From the NCBI GenBank assembly GCA_002269645.1, contig NIVC01001219.1:45253-109252 (forward strand): a stretch of DNA of 64,000 nucleotides. The letters are read 5' to 3'. Positions 1 to 13,965 of this stretch are shown piece after piece. A program made the position numbers and the translations under genes. Below the pieces are notes generated by a model. It made no database searches. It was not told where the DNA came from and saw nothing but the letters and a program-made list of their open reading frames with translations. The DNA comes from Macrostomum lignano (Eukaryota). Each line of letters starts with the position of its first letter. The first letter of the stretch is position 1.

Positions 1-91
1 TTGTCTCTTTATTTTGCATTAATTTAGAGCTTTAATTCGTACTACTAATAGTAGCTTCAAAAATTAGCGAAAGACACATACCAAATTGCTT

Positions 92-1584
92 GATGATCCC
101 TCAGCGGTAGCCACTACCAGATCGATGATCCCTCAGCGGTAGCCACTACCAGATCGATAATCCCTCAGTGGAAGCCACTACCAGATTGATAATCCCTCAG
201 CGGTAGCCACTACCAGATCGATGATCCCTCAGCGGTAGCCACTACCAGATCGATAATCCCTCAGTGGAAGCCACTACCAGATTGATAATCCCTCAGCGGT
301 AGACACTACCAGATCGATGATCCCTCAGCGGTAGCCACTACCAGATCGATAATCCCTCAGCGGTAGCCACTACCAGATCGATAATCCCTCAGTGGAAGCC
401 ACTACCAGATCGATAATCCCTCAGTGGAAGCCACTACCAGATTGATAATCCCTCAGTGGTAGCCACTACCAGATCGATAATCCCTCAGTGGAAGCCACTA
501 CCAGATCGATAATCCCTCAGTGGAAGCCACTACCAGATCGATAATCCCTCAGTGGTAGCCACTACCAGATCGATCCCTCAGTGGTAGCCACTACCAGATC
601 GATAATCCCTCAGTGGAAGCCACTACCAGATCGATAATCCCTCAGTGGAAGCCACTACCAGATTGATAATCCCTCAGTGGTAGCCACTACCAGATCGATG
701 ATCCCTCAGTGGAAGCCACTACCAGATCGATGACCCCTCAGTGGAAGCCACTACCAGATCGATAATCCCTCAGTGGAAGCCACTACCAGATCGATAATCC
801 CTCAGTGGTAGCCACTACCAGATCGATAATCCCTCAGTGGAAGCCACTACCAGATCGATGATCCCTCAGTGGAAGCCACTACCAGATCGATAATCCCTCA
901 GTGGAAGCCACTACCAGATCGATGATCCCTCAGTGGTAGCCACTACCAGATCGATAATCCCTCAGTGGAAGCCACTACCAGATCGATAATCCCTCAGTGG
1001 AAGCCACTACCAGATTGATAATCCCTCAGTGGAAGCCACTACCAGATCGATGATCCCTCAGTGGAAGCCACTACCAGATCGATGACCCCTCAGTGGAAGC
1101 CACTACCAGATCGATGATCCCTCAGTGGTAGCCACTACCAGATCGATAATCCCTCAGTGGAAGCCACTACCAGATCGATAATCCCTCAGTGGAAGCCACT
1201 ACCAGATCGATAATCCCTCAGTGGAAGCCACTACCAGATCGATAATCCCTCAGTGGAAGCCACTACCAGATCGATAATCCCTCAGTGGAAGCCACTACCA
1301 GATCGATGATCCCTCAGTGGAAGCCACTACCAGATCGATGATCCCTCAGTGGTAGCCACTACCAGATCGATAATCCCTCAGTGGAAGCCACTACCAGATC
1401 GATAATCCCTCAGTGGAAGCCACTACCAGATCGATAATCCCTCAGTGGAAGCCACTACCAGATCGATGATCCCTCAGTGGAAGCCACTACCAGATCGATG
1501 ATCCCTCAGTGGAAGCCACTACCAGATCGATGATCCCTCAGTGGAAGCCACTACCAGATCGATGATCCCTCAGTGGAAGCCACT
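92..1584. repeat. Minisatellite, 32-bp unit GAT(A/G)ATCCCTCAGTGG(A/T)AGCCACTACCAGATC, about 46 copies
   Basis: Unit recurs at 92, 124, 156 and onward. Confidence 0.97.
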
Positions 1585-2177
1585 TAAAACCGCTACTTCA
1601 GTGTCTAAGCATGGTAGAGATGGTTGCCATAACAACACATAGAACAAGTCAAGACTCCAGAACAACTAGTTGATCCATAAAACCCAATGGTACAAGCTTA
1701 CACAAGCTTACGAAATATATTTTCACTAATCCCTATCTCTCGTTCTCGTTAATGTCCCATCAACCCGAACCTCAGTCAGAACTGATGTAAACAGACGATA
1801 CCGTGCAAAACCCTGCTAGTTGGTACATTGCACATATACAGGATAAAGGCTTGCATATAAATCAAAAGCATTCCGTGTGCAGTTGGCAAGTAATGAAGGG
1901 GATGTTGCTGTATTTTTTTAGCAGCAGTAGTCGAATAGTGGCCCGGTCTGACATCCGCAGCCGGTCTATCACTGACTTTGATCGCACCGAAACATATAGT
2001 CTAACTGGATTGCTTCTTCTAGGGTGAAGCCAGACTTGTTGAGAGTTTCATCACTAAATTAGCGAGATTTACCGTACATGTAGTTAGTTATCTTTTGTTA
2101 TACTTTACTATTCATTCCAAGAGCTTCCCTGATGCTGAAAATAAATAACACTTATTCAAAAACAAATGTTCCTTAAC

Positions 2178-3169
2178 GGATCTGAGTGCAGGAACCGAAG
2201 GATCTGAGGGTAGATACTGAAGGATCTGAGAGTAGGTACTGAAGGATCTGAGGGTAGATACTGAAGGATCTGAGAGTAGGTACTGAAGGGTACTGAGGGT
2301 AGGTACTGAAGGATCTGAGGGTAGGTACTGAAGGATCTGAGGGTAGGTACTGAAGGATCTGAGGGTAGATACTGAAGGATCTGAGAGTAGGTACTGAAGG
2401 ATCTGAGGGTAGGTACTGAAGGATCTGAGAGTAGATACTGAAGGATCTGAGAGTAGATACTGAAGGATCTGAGGGTAGATACTGAAGGATCTGAGAGTAG
2501 GTACTGAAGGATCTGAGGGTAGGTACTGAAGGATCTGAGGGTAGGTACTGAAGGATCTGAGGGTAGATACTGAAGGATCTGAGGGTAGGTATTAAAGGAT
2601 CTGAGAGTAGGTACTGAAGGATCTGAGAGTAGATACTGAAGGATCTGAGAGTAGGTACTGAAGGATCTGAGAGTAGGTACTGAAGGATCTGAGGGTAGAT
2701 ACTGAAGGATCTGAGAGTAGGTACTGAAGGATCTGAGGGTAGATACTGAAGGATCTGAGAGTAGGTACTGAAGGATCTGAGAGTAGGTACTGAAGGATCT
2801 GAGAGTAGGTACTGAAGGATCTGAGAGTAGGTACTGAAGGATCTGAGAGTAGGTACTGAAGGATCTGAGAGTAGGTACTGAAGGATCTGAGGGTAGATAC
2901 TGAAGGATCTGAGAGTAGATACTGAAGGATCTGAGAGTAGGTACTGAAGGATCTGAGAGTAGGTACTGAAGGATCTGAGAGTAGGTACTGAAGGATCTGA
3001 GGGTAGATACTGAAGGATCTGAGAGTAGATACTGAAGGATCTGAGAGTAGGTACTGAAGGATCTGAGAGTAGGTACTGAAGGATCTGAGAGTAGGTACTG
3101 AAGGATCTGAGGGTAGATACTGAAGGATCTGAGGGTAGATACTGAAGGATCTGAGGTAGGTACTGAAGG
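2178..3169. repeat. Minisatellite, 22-bp unit GAAGGATCTGAG(A/G)GTAG(G/A)TACT
   Basis: 22-bp periodicity; it accounts for ORFs 2156-3190 and 2592-3212. Confidence 0.97.
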
Positions 3170-4000
3170 TTTGGTGACAGATTTCTGCATAGGATTGAGT
3201 ACCTACCTGCATTGACGGATTGATTACATTGAATGTAATTTCCGGTTTGGTGCCAAATTTTGGAATGTGACTCAGCAGTTTCAGACGAATTATCTCAATT
3301 AGTCACCCAATCATTGTCACCGAAACTGGGTCACGGAATCGTACTAATTTTCGAGACTCAAACCAGTAATTAAAGCTAAGCTACGACCTATGATATACCG
3401 GTTATTTCCAATTAACACACTGAGAGCCCCATCGTCAATTTTCTCTGATATGCTAGACACTGGCTTAAACGCTGAGATGACCAAAGCAAATTTTTTCTTT
3501 ATCAGCGCAGCACAGAAGGCAATAAAGAAAACGGCTTCTTATGTATTTTTCATGGGATTTCGACGCAAGCTGGTCGACCGTTGAAATTTATACCGAATAG
3601 GAGAAAAACTAGGGAAGGTGTTGTACTTTAACTACTGCCATCTTTGTTGCACCGATGTCGTTGCTTGTTGCCATGGACATCTTAGTTCTGTACTACGCTA
3701 AATAAAGCGCGCGCAACGCAACCTTTGCATTAATTAAAACTTGCTCTGCCAGCGCTCTGTAACTACAGAAGGGTTTGGTGATCCCGGATGTGACCGACGA
3801 TAAACCCTCGGCTGCTTCCAAACGCATCTTTCATCGGCCCTTTCTCCCATCTTGCCTCAACAACATAGTTATAGACGGATCTTTTCCTTAGTTTCAGCTT
3901 CGCCTTCCGTTCCTATTAAAGCTGACGAGAACTGGCTCAGTAAGTAAAATTTTATTACTAATTCAATGAGACCTTATTCCAGCCTCTTCGTATTTGTAGC

Positions 4001-5056
4001 TTCAGTCTGCCCTGTGCCATGATGCCAGTAGATGGTGCTAGTCTCCAGGGTTCAGTCTGCCTGTGCCATGATGCCAGTGGTTGGTGCTAGTCTCCAGGGT
4101 TCAGTCTGCCTGTGCCATGATGCCAGTGGTTGGTGCTAGTCTCCAGGGTTCAGTCTGCCTGTGCCATGATGCCAGTAGTTGGTGCTAGTCTCCAGGGTTC
4201 AGTCTGCCTGTGCCATGATGCCAGTGGTTGGTGCTAGTCTCCAGGGTTCAGTCTGCCTGTGCCATGATGCCAGTAGTTGGTGCTAGTCTCCAGGGTTCAG
4301 TCTGCCTGTGCCATGATGCCAGTGGTTGGTGCTAGTCTCCAGGGTTCAGTCTGCCTGTGCCATGATGCCAGTAGTTGGTGCTAGTCTCCAGGGTTCAGTC
4401 TGCCTGTGCCATGATGCCAGTAGTTGGTGCTAGTCTCCAGGGTTCAGTCTGCCTGTGCCATGATGCCAGTGGTTGGTGCTAGTCTCCAGGGTTCAGTCTG
4501 CCCTGTGCCATGATGCCAGTGGTTGGTGCTAGTCTCCAGGGTTCAGTCTGCCTGTGCCATGATGCCAGTAGATGGTGCTAGTCTCCAGGGTTCAGTCTGC
4601 CTGTGCCATGATGCCAGTAGTTGGTGCTAGTCTCCAGGGTTCAGTCTGCCTGTGCCATGATGCCAGTGGTTGGTGCTAGTCTCCAGGGTTCAGTCTGCCT
4701 GTGCCATGATGCCAGTAGTTGGTGCTAGTCTCCAGGGTTCAGTCTGCCTGTGCCATGATGCCAGTGGTTGGTGCTAGTCTCCAGGGTTCAGTCTGCCTGT
4801 GCCATGATGCCAGTAGTTGGTGCTAGTCTCCAGGGTTCAGTCTGCCTGTGCCATGATGCCAGTAGTTGGTGCTAGTCTCCAGGGTTCAGTCTGCCTGTGC
4901 CATGATGCCAGTGGTTGGTGCTAGTCTCCAGGGTTCAGTCTGCCTGTGCCATGATGCCAGTAGTTGGTGCTAGTCTCCAGGGTTCAGTCTGCCCTGTGCC
5001 ATGATGCCAGTGGTTGGTGCTAGTCTCCAGGGTTCAGTCTGCCTGTGCCATGATGC
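4001..5056. repeat. Minisatellite, 49-bp unit TTCAGTCTGCCTGTGCCATGATGCCAGT(G/A)GTTGGTGCTAGTCTCCAGGG, about 21 copies
   Basis: Unit starts at 4051, 4100 and onward. Confidence 0.97.
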
Positions 5057-5089
5057 GCAGTCTCTATAGATATTTCAAGTTTCTTCAGA

Positions 5090-5445
5090 GGAGAATCAGG
5101 GTCTTCAAAAAAGAATCAGGGTCTACAGAAGGGAATCAGGGACTCCAAATTGAATCAGAGTCTCCAGAAGGGAATCGGGGTCTCTAGAAGGGAATCAGGG
5201 TCTCTAGAAGGGAATCAGGGTCTCTAGAAGGGAATCAGGGTCTCTAGAAGGGAATCAGGGTCTCCAGAAGGGAATCAGGGTCTCCAAAAGGGAATCATCC
5301 TCCAGAAGGGAATCAGGGTCTCCAGAAGGGAATCAGGGTCTCCAGAAGGGAATCGGGTCTTCAGAAGGGGAATCAGAGTCTTCAGAAGGGGAGTCAGGGT
5401 CTCCAGAAGGGGAACCAGGATCTCTTGAAGTGAATGGAATCAGGT
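5090..5445. repeat. Degenerate 20-bp tandem repeat GGGAATCAGGGTCTCCAGAA
   Basis: Direct periodicity. Confidence 0.9.
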
Positions 5446-5870
5446 CCCTAAAGGAATTATATCCGATACAAGTATCGCGGTGGCAAACCTTACATTATGA
5501 GATGCATTCATGAATAAATTTCTAATCTATTTAGGCAGTCGCTTGGGGCGAGAAATCAAGATATCAATGAAATCATTCGCGAACTTTCAGCTCTCCCTTT
5601 CTAAAAACTTTGCACTTTTGTGTGCCTCCACCATTCTCCCCGATCTTTCATCACTCACCATTGGCCCTTTCTCTTTGAGGGGTGGCATACAAATCCCATA
5701 TAGCAGTCTCCCATTTCTCACATGTCCACTAGTAGCAATTGCATTAATTATATCTGCTAATCTCATAGCCCTGAGCACACAGGCCACTCAGAGCTCAGTC
5801 GCTGAGGGCATAAATCATATTGCATCTGGAGTGGAAATCAGCTGGCTGAACTGTTGGTAAAACATATTTT

Positions 5871-6571
5871 CACTGACAGCCAAATTGTCACTGGAACCCA
5901 AATTGTCACTGTCAGCGAAATTGTCACTGACAGCCAAATTGTCACTGACAGCCAAATTGTCACTGACAGCCAAATTGTCACTGACAGCCAAATTGTCACT
6001 GACAGCCAAATTGTCACTGACAGCCAAATTGTCACTGACAGCCAAATTGTCACTGACAGCCAAATTGTCACTGACAGCCAAATTGTCACTGGAACCCAAA
6101 TTGTCACTGTCAGCGAAATTGTCACTGACAGCCAAATTGTCACTGACAGCCAAATTGTCACTGACAGCCAAATTGTCACTGACAGCCAAATTGTCACTGA
6201 CAGCCAAATTGTCACTGACAGCCAAATTGTCACTGACAGCCAAATTGTCACTGACAGCCAAATTGTCACTGACAGCCAAATTGTCACTGACAGCCAAATT
6301 GTCACTGACAGCCAAATTGTCACTGACAGCCAAATTGTCACTGACAGCCAAATTGTCACTGACAGCCAAATTGTCACTGACAGCCAAATTGTCACTGACA
6401 GCCAAATTGTCACTGACAGCCAAATTGTCACTGACAGCCAAATTGTCACTGACAGCCAAATTGTCACTGACAGCCAAATTGTCACTGACAGCCAAATTGT
6501 CACTGACAGCCAAATTGTCACTGACAGCCAAATTGTCACTGACAGCCAAATTGTCACAGACAGTCAGATTG
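5871..6571. repeat. Minisatellite, 18-bp unit GACAGCCAAATTGTCACT, nearly perfect
   Basis: 18-bp periodicity that is open in several frames, which explains four ORFs. Confidence 0.98.
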
Positions 6572-6906
6572 CCATCGAAAGTCAATTAAACCACATCTAC
6601 TGTAACTCCCTCTCCAATCAGCTGTCAGGTTGGTTATTATTTCAGCGAGTTTCCAGTCCAGCTCGCTGATTTTAGAACTCCATGACACTACGGCTCAGCC
6701 TTATTGGATTCGACGCCAGTCGACCAATCGAAGTTCTCCGGCTGGGCCACAGAAAACGAGCTGGCTGCAGCAGCTAACCGTTCGATCCGATCTGCTTCTG
6801 ATCAGCAAAATAACTGCTGTCTTCTCACTGATTTTGCAAAGCTACAGGCAGTCCTGTCACTCAGGCCGGGCACGACGCACCAGAGAGAGACAGACAGACA
6901 GCGACA

Positions 6907-7141
6907 ATGACCTCTGAGGAGGAGGACGAAGAAATGTCGGAGCCGTACCACGGCCTGTTCCAGTCCGGCCAGCAACAGCAGCAGCAGCAACAGCAGCAGC
7001 AGCCCGAGTGCATTCAACTGGAACAGCCGTCCGCAAACGGAGCAGCAATGCTTGCTTCTAGAAGAAAGCCAACTACGAAAAGCCAGTGGTCGTATCTGGC
7101 ACATAGACTGACTGTCTATGGTCGGACCACTTCGATGCCAG
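6907..7141 (+). CDS. DEG/ENaC sodium channel, exon 1 (acidic and poly-Q N-terminus, ending YGRTTSMP)
   Basis: ATG at 6907; donor G|GTGAGT at 7142 is phase 1 and joins in frame to 11233; YGRTTSMP(G) resembles the pre-TM1 T-S-x-HG region. Confidence 0.7.
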
Positions 7142-7158
7142 GTGAGTGGAAACATAGG

Positions 7159-7749
<591 letters not shown>

Positions 7750-8737
7750 CTGCCAACTCAGCCTCTAGAAGCAGCCAGTTTACCAGTTTCTGAAGCAAAA
7801 ATGTAAATCTGTTGCGCAGCCTGAAGTGGCTCAGTCGCACAGCAGATCATTCATTTGCCAACATGCCGGAATAGTCTCCAATCTCTCGGTCATCTCAGCC
7901 TCGCTAATTCGGAATAAATGGAATTTCTCTGTCGGCAAAGTGCCGAGTTAGAATGCAGGCCGCGGTTGCCAGGCAAAAAGTTCCCAGACTGCTCATGTAT
8001 TTTGAGCTTTGCAGGAAGCGCACCAGATCGTGGGGATTTCACAAATCGGCGCATTTTTCTTTTTGGTTCTCCCTGCTCCCGGGCTAATCCCCAATTAGCC
8101 GGAGTCTGGCGGGCTTATGAACGCATGGTTGGAGTCGGTTGCTATGGTAACGCCAAAGTTGCTTAGCGGGCTGGCTACCTTGCAACAATTTTAGCTGTCT
8201 GATATTAATATTTGTTGCCTGGGCAAAACAGCTGTGAATATTGCGAATCGCAAACAGCCCAAAAGTTGCAGCCTGTCTGTATTTCACAGGAACGCTGTCA
8301 GCTATAGAATAATATGTCAAGTTTCAATATTAAAATTGTGCCATTAGAGAAAATTGCAGGTGTTTTGTAAGAGATCGATTCACAATGTAAATTACATAAG
8401 TTTTTATAATATATAACATTTTTGGGGGTGAATAAATTAATATAGCGAGGTAAAAACTAGGAATACTTAATCCTCTGCTCTAAGGTTTCGAAATTTCGAG
8501 AATGTTTATCCAAGATTTCCTATTCAAAGTTATCACAGGCAGCAACTATAAAAGTTTCAACTGCACTTAAAGCAGGAACTGAACTTCTCCAAAGGAATCT
8601 TTGGTCTGGCAGTCCTCATTGTTCTAAACTGTGACAGTTTGCGCTGTAGTAAAAGTGACTTATAGGTTCAGCTAATGCTTGCACCCATTTTACAGCTGTG
8701 TGGACTGAAGCAAGGCAGAGTTAATCGTCTTGATTAA

Positions 8738-8804
8738 GAGTCGGAATCGAACCCCTGACCTTTAAGTCGTGAGTAGGACGCTCTAACCACTAGGCAAAAA
8801 CCCC
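8738..8804 (-). mobile_element. tRNA-like SINE head fragment (related to SINE family A)
   Basis: Reverse complement GCCTAGTGGTTAGAGCGTCC...GGGGTTCGATTCC has A and B boxes and resembles the heads at 17360 and 51572. Confidence 0.6.
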
Positions 8805-10510
8805 TAGCACGTTTAACACTGTTTAAAACTTCTTAGACTTTCACAGGAAGTCACCGAAAGTTGGGGAAAAGATTATATGGATTTACAAAGTCGATCATTA
8901 GACAAAGAACCTTAGGGGCCTATTGTTCTTACGAGTAGAAGCCAGGCTCTGTAGCTACTCAGAACGAAGCAAAGGAAGACAAAAGATGAGCTATTAGGCC
9001 AGGAAACGCCAGCAGACAATAGTACTAATTTTTACCTTCGGGAAAATTCATTTAGAAAGCAAGAGTGAGAGAAGAAGATTAAGGGACGGCGAGCAGAGGA
9101 CCGCCTGGAGGTGCCGAAGTGGGCGGGGCCACCGGCGGTTTGGCCGCATCCGGTTTCGTGACCGGGCGGATTCCAGGAAATGAGTGAGCGCGCCTTCTCC
9201 GTAGGCCTCGGTCGGCTCCGAGGCAATTGAAGAAATTCCCGCCGCATTCAGTCCCGCCCCGCTTGCCTCCCAGGGAGGCAGTGGAAATGCAAACCTGCAC
9301 CTACAACCCGTTCGGGGTGCAGCGGATTCCGCCGGAGTGACCCGCAATATCTGCGGCCAGTTCGTGCCTTTCTCAGCTTTCAGGCCAGGCCGTATTGATG
9401 CGCCTGTGTTTGCTCTGGAGGGAGTGGGGGCCCGCCATTGTCCGAGTGTCCGGGGCTCAACTGCCCGCACTAAACCTGCCTATAACGGCCACTTCTATGC
9501 CTCTCTATAGCTGCCTTTTTACTTTCCTCTGTCTTTGAAATGTTCCTCGCCTTCCGAAGCCGGCAATTTCTACCTGACAAAAATTTTGTTCTGTGCAATG
9601 ACAATGTATAGCTTGACAACTTGAAAATTTGAAACAATGAATGACTCAACGAATTATTATTGCTAAAAAAGTCTTCAGCAGCAAGATAGATAAATCATTT
9701 TTTAGCAATAAAGCAACCGAGGCAGGCAAAATCGATTTAAAACCTATTTGCAAGCCAGAATAAATACTAACAGATACCAGATTTTACGCTAGACGGAGTT
9801 TTTAAGAGACTGCCAATGGTAGCCGGTGAAACCTTGATTAAAAAACGGTTTTGTTTTTAAACCGTCGGTGCACTGACCGCCCAGAGGGTGTACGTGTATC
9901 CTTGTAGTCAAGCAGATGACCTCACAAAGATGTTTGAACATGAGTTTTTTGGATTTTCATATAATCCCAACTACCCGAGTCCCGAACATACGGAATTAAT
10001 TCAGCTTACATTAGCCTGAAATAACGGAGCAGGAAACTGTTCTGAGAGCACTCGCATCACTTTCTTCATTGAAATTGGTTTCCCAGCTGTCTGCTGAAAG
10101 TCTACAATGATGATTTGCATTGCATTAAAGCTTGCTTCCTTCTTGGCCTATTCAAAGTCGCGGAGTATGTTTCGCATGTAGCTTTGAATAAATTTTCTTA
10201 GAATGGGTGTCAGCCTTCCAATGTTTGCAAATGCAGTCGGCAGTCAGTCAGGCTGACGGCAAACAAGACCGCCTCAATGTGTCTATTGGCGTGCAAAGTT
10301 TTGGATTTAATCCCAAGCTTGGCTGAAAGTCTGATGAAAAGACTGAAGTCTTTTTACAGTTTAAATAGATACTGAAATGCACTAGTGCAAATGATTACAC
10401 AGTTGTTTATTTGAAAACAGAATGGTTGAAACTAGAAATGAAATTGAACATATAGCTCAATATTTTAATTAAGGGTGATTGTATGATTAAACCAATAAGA
10501 GTGACGAGAG

Positions 10511-11205
10511 GGATTGAGGCGGGGTGGATGATAAAACGAACGATAGGGACAGAGATTGAGGCGGGTGGATGATAAAACGAACGATAGGGACAGAGATTGA
10601 GGCGGGGTGGATGATAAAACGAACGATAGGGACAGAGATTGAGGCGGGGTGGATGATAAAACGAACGATAGGGACAGAGATTGAGGCGGGTGGATGATAA
10701 AACGAACGATAGGGACAGAGATTGAGGCGGGTGGATGATAAAACGAACGATAGGGACAGAGATTGAGGCGGGTGGATGATAAAACGAACGATAGGGACAG
10801 AGATTGAGGCGGGTGGATGATAAAACGAACGATAGGGACAGAGATTGAGGCGGGTGGATGATAAAACGAACGATAGGGACAGAGATTGAGGCGGGTGGAT
10901 GATAAAACGAACGATAGGGACAGAGATTGAGGCGGGTGGATGATAAAACGAACGATAGGGACAGAGATTGAGGCGGGTGGATGATAAAACGAACGATAGG
11001 GACAGAGATTGAGGCGGGTGGATGATAAAACGAACGTTAGGGACAGAGATTGAGGCGGGTGGATGATAAAACGAACGATAGGGACAGAGATTGAGGCGGG
11101 TGGATGATAAAACGAACGATAGGGGCAGAGATTGAGGCGGGTGGATGATAAAACGAACGATAGGGGCAGAGATTGAAGCGGGTGGTTGATTAAACAAACG
11201 GGAGG
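10511..11205. repeat. Minisatellite, 41-bp unit GGGTGGATGATAAAACGAACGATAGGGACAGAGATTGAGGC
   Basis: Unit offsets 10681, 10722, 10763. Confidence 0.97.
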
Positions 11206-11232
11206 GACAGTAGGGATTTGTTTCAATCTTAG

Positions 11233-11595
11233 AAGCTATGGAATTGTGCGACTTTGAAACCCTTCTAGGCGTCACCAGACTGACCGAAGCGTCCAGTACG
11301 GCCAGCCGGTTCTACTGGTGCCTGCTGGGCCTGATGGCGTCCAGTTTTTGTATCTACCACGTCGTGTGGCTCATCTACGCCTTCGAGACCAGCCCGGTGA
11401 GCTCTGTGCTGCGTCAGGGCGCCACACCGTTCATATTTCCCGACGTAACAGTCTGCTCGATGACGCCAACGGACGCAACCTTAGTTGCAACGCATCTTAA
11501 CGCGAATAGCAAGTTGCACTATTTCTACTCAAATCTAATCATACCGCCGAGGTGGATGCAGTTGCCCAAGATTCGTGAGGTGCTCAATTCCTCTG
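11233..11595 (+). CDS. DEG/ENaC exon 2 (TM1 and FPDVTVC motif)
   Basis: Acceptor TTAG at 11232; GVTRL..SRFYWCLLGLMASSFCIYHVVWLI is TM1; FIFPDVTVCS matches the family FPAVTICN motif; donor GTAAGT at 11596. Confidence 0.93.
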
Positions 11596-11674
11596 GTAAG
11601 TAGTAAATAGCTCTGTCGTGCATGGGGTGGGCTGCGGGTGCCCTGGCTACATAGTAAGCCAGTTTTACTATCCA

Positions 11675-11965
11675 GGAGCAGAGTAGCTCAGTTGTAAAGT
11701 GTCCGACGGTCGCACCAAATCATCCGGGTCCGATGCCAGATATCCTGGTTCCATATTCATTTGGGACTCGCGAAGGAATATTAACTTAAGGGTTGTGCTG
11801 CTCTCCTAAATTAGGGCCAACTCAAAAGTTGCAGAGCCGCCGTACACCTATGTGAACATGGGTACGAGTGCGTGCCGTATTGGCGCGCTTGTATGTGTTC
11901 AGGAGTCAGAGCAATGAGCAGGATTGAGACGAAGTCGCTGAAGGCATTGCGTCAGGATGGCCACG
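11675..11965 (+). mobile_element. Degenerate tRNA-derived SINE, family B
   Basis: Decayed tRNA-like head; body GTACGAGTGCGTGCC..ATTGGCGCGCTTGTATG matches copies at 31794 and 53800. Confidence 0.6.
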
Positions 11966-12077
11966 ATCTCTCTGCAAATATTATGCATACGATCGGGGAG
12001 GCTGTACAACCTGGGAGATCTGAGCAGCGGCCCCATTTTTCCTGTCTGTTTTTCTTGTCACCTCTACAGATTTAAAA

Positions 12078-12430
12078 CCCTTTTGGCCGCGCCGAATAAG
12101 TCTATGGTCCAATGTAAAAGACGTTTATTTGTCCCGGCCAAGTTCTGTGATTTGGGGGTCAATGTTGAGTTGTTGGGAGACAATCAAAGTTGATTGTCTG
12201 CTTTGAATGAGTTGATCTGTTACGACTTCCAACTGTCGAGCCAAAAAAACTGGTTAACAACTGCTCGCTTTCTAAAACACTATAATTTGTTGCTTGTACA
12301 TGTATTTATTTGAGTACGTACTTTCTTGTGGCTCATTCGTTTGTCTTATTTATTTGGATCGTTTATTTGGCCGGGACAAATAAACGTCTTTTACATTGGA
12401 CCATAGACTTATTCGGCGCGGCCAAAAGGG
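12078..12430. mobile_element. MITE, about 353 bp, with a ~64-bp perfect terminal inverted repeat
   Basis: CCCTTTTGGCCGCGCCGAATAAGTCTATGGTCCAATGTAAAAGACGTTTATTTGTCCCGGCCAA at 12078-12141 is the exact reverse complement of 12367-12430; TSD not clean. Confidence 0.88.
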
Positions 12431-13794
12431 GTATAAATTATTACTATTATTATTATTATTATTATTTCCGTTTATTTATTTCTTTGGTCTGAAGCAAAAG
12501 CAGAGAACTCGTTTCTTGGCCGAGGCGAGTCATATATGGTTGCTCAAGCAATCCAATTCATAGCTCGAAATACGAGTACAATAGAGATCGTTTGGTCTCG
12601 TTTGCGATAGAGAACAACATCCTTTATATTCGTCTGGAGTCTGAATGATAAAAATGTTCCGACCTAAGCAGATGGCCTTAAAGAAAAAAGCCAGTATACG
12701 TTCAGGAAGAGAAAAGTAGTAAAATTACTTGAAATAACTTTTCTCTGCTGCATGTATATTGCCTATAAATTAATTTATGTGACCTCAAACGCAACTAAGA
12801 TCAGTTCGTATTTTATATTTGACTTTGATGTCTGTTCTCGAGCATAGTATGCAGCTGGCAGTTAAAAGTCATAAAATGTTAACTACCAACGGTTGCAGCA
12901 AGTGGACAAGTGAATAATGCATAAATGAGTAAATTAAATAAGTGAATCCGAGGCAGACTACGCTATAAATGAAGCTCGCTTCAATCTGTGAAGAATGGAT
13001 AGCAAAGTGTTTATTTGTTGAGCTATTTCTGCACTGCATGAAAGCACACTCGTGGCATCTACTGTTGACACTGAAAGCTGCATTGGAGGGTAACTGAACC
13101 AGGTCCGTGGACAGAAAACATTGGAGGATTGGTGACTGTAAATGGGGAAGTTTGTCCCCCCATCTCCTCCTCGGGGTGATACTTCAAAGCCGAATTCACC
13201 ACTCCACCCAATGGATTTGAATTGTATAGAGGATAAAAAGAGAGGAAATGGGGAGAATAGCTTCTCATGGAGAGCTACTATGAGTCTGGAATTAGCATGC
13301 AAGCTTCCTGTTTCACTCTCTCCAATTCTCTTTGTCCCAGTTACAGCATCGCATCGAATCCCAGCCTCCCATAAAGCCCCACTCAGCCTGTCTTGTAAAA
13401 GTGGAGCCTTTTTGCTTTGCCATTGTGTTCGGTTCCTCTGTCGGGACTCTGGACCGTTTGCAATGGGCGTTTACCGCGCTCCACCGTGCGACTAAGTGAC
13501 CCTATTTTGGGGGGAAAATCCGCAAGAAGGACCAATTAATCTATTAACTGATTGAATGGCAAATGGGGTCACAAGCTATTAAATCTGTGCCATATATAGC
13601 AAGACAATGAGGAATTGCATCTGCGCAGCTTAGGCCATTGCCTAATATCCGATACTTAGGTCACATTTTGCTGAAGGTTTTAACTTCAGGGAAAATTGTA
13701 CGATAAACTTTGCCCTAAATTTCAATTCTTTGAGTGCACGTTCAGCTTCAACCCAGATCAAAATTTACAAAACAGTAATTACAGGAAGGCTGGG

Positions 13795-13965
13795 AACAAC
13801 CTGGCGCAACGCCTTCGACAACAACGTCCCACAACCAGCGCTGAGGTAGCTCTGTACGCAGGCACGCACTCATACACACGCTCACACACGTACAAGTACA
13901 CACTCTGTAGGGGAATCGAACCAGGATTTGTAGCACGAGAGTCAGACGCGTTTAACTTGAGATCA
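13795..13965 (-). mobile_element. SINE family B-related copy (tRNA-like head plus partial body)
   Basis: B box GGTTCGATTCCCC on the minus strand; CTGGCGCAACGCCTT..CAACCAGCGCT is shared with 53821-53860. Confidence 0.6.

Noticed and set aside
92-1584. CRISPR-like look of the 32-bp array (also the 36-bp and 48-bp arrays)
   Set aside because: Units are head-to-tail with no unique spacers, no cas genes, and a eukaryotic context
1802-2050. Possible minus-strand exon (..DRLRMSDRATIRLLLLKKYSNIPFITCQLH..)
   Set aside because: In-frame TGA, no recognisable family, and no consistent splice chain
5659-5770. Possible minus-strand exon with a good ATG|GTGAGT donor (AMRLADIINAIATSGH..GPM)
   Set aside because: No phase-compatible partner exon or homology found; unsupported though not excluded
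2156-6669. Long ORFs in the 22-bp and 18-bp arrays
   Set aside because: They arise from stop-free repeat units that are open in several frames on both strands
8738-8804. tRNA gene (same question at 17360, 31794 and 51572)
   Set aside because: A and B boxes are present but cloverleaf stems are incomplete, and the longer copies continue into SINE bodies
9030-9480. GC-rich segment with overlapping short ORFs
   Set aside because: No motif, splice pattern or element boundaries identified
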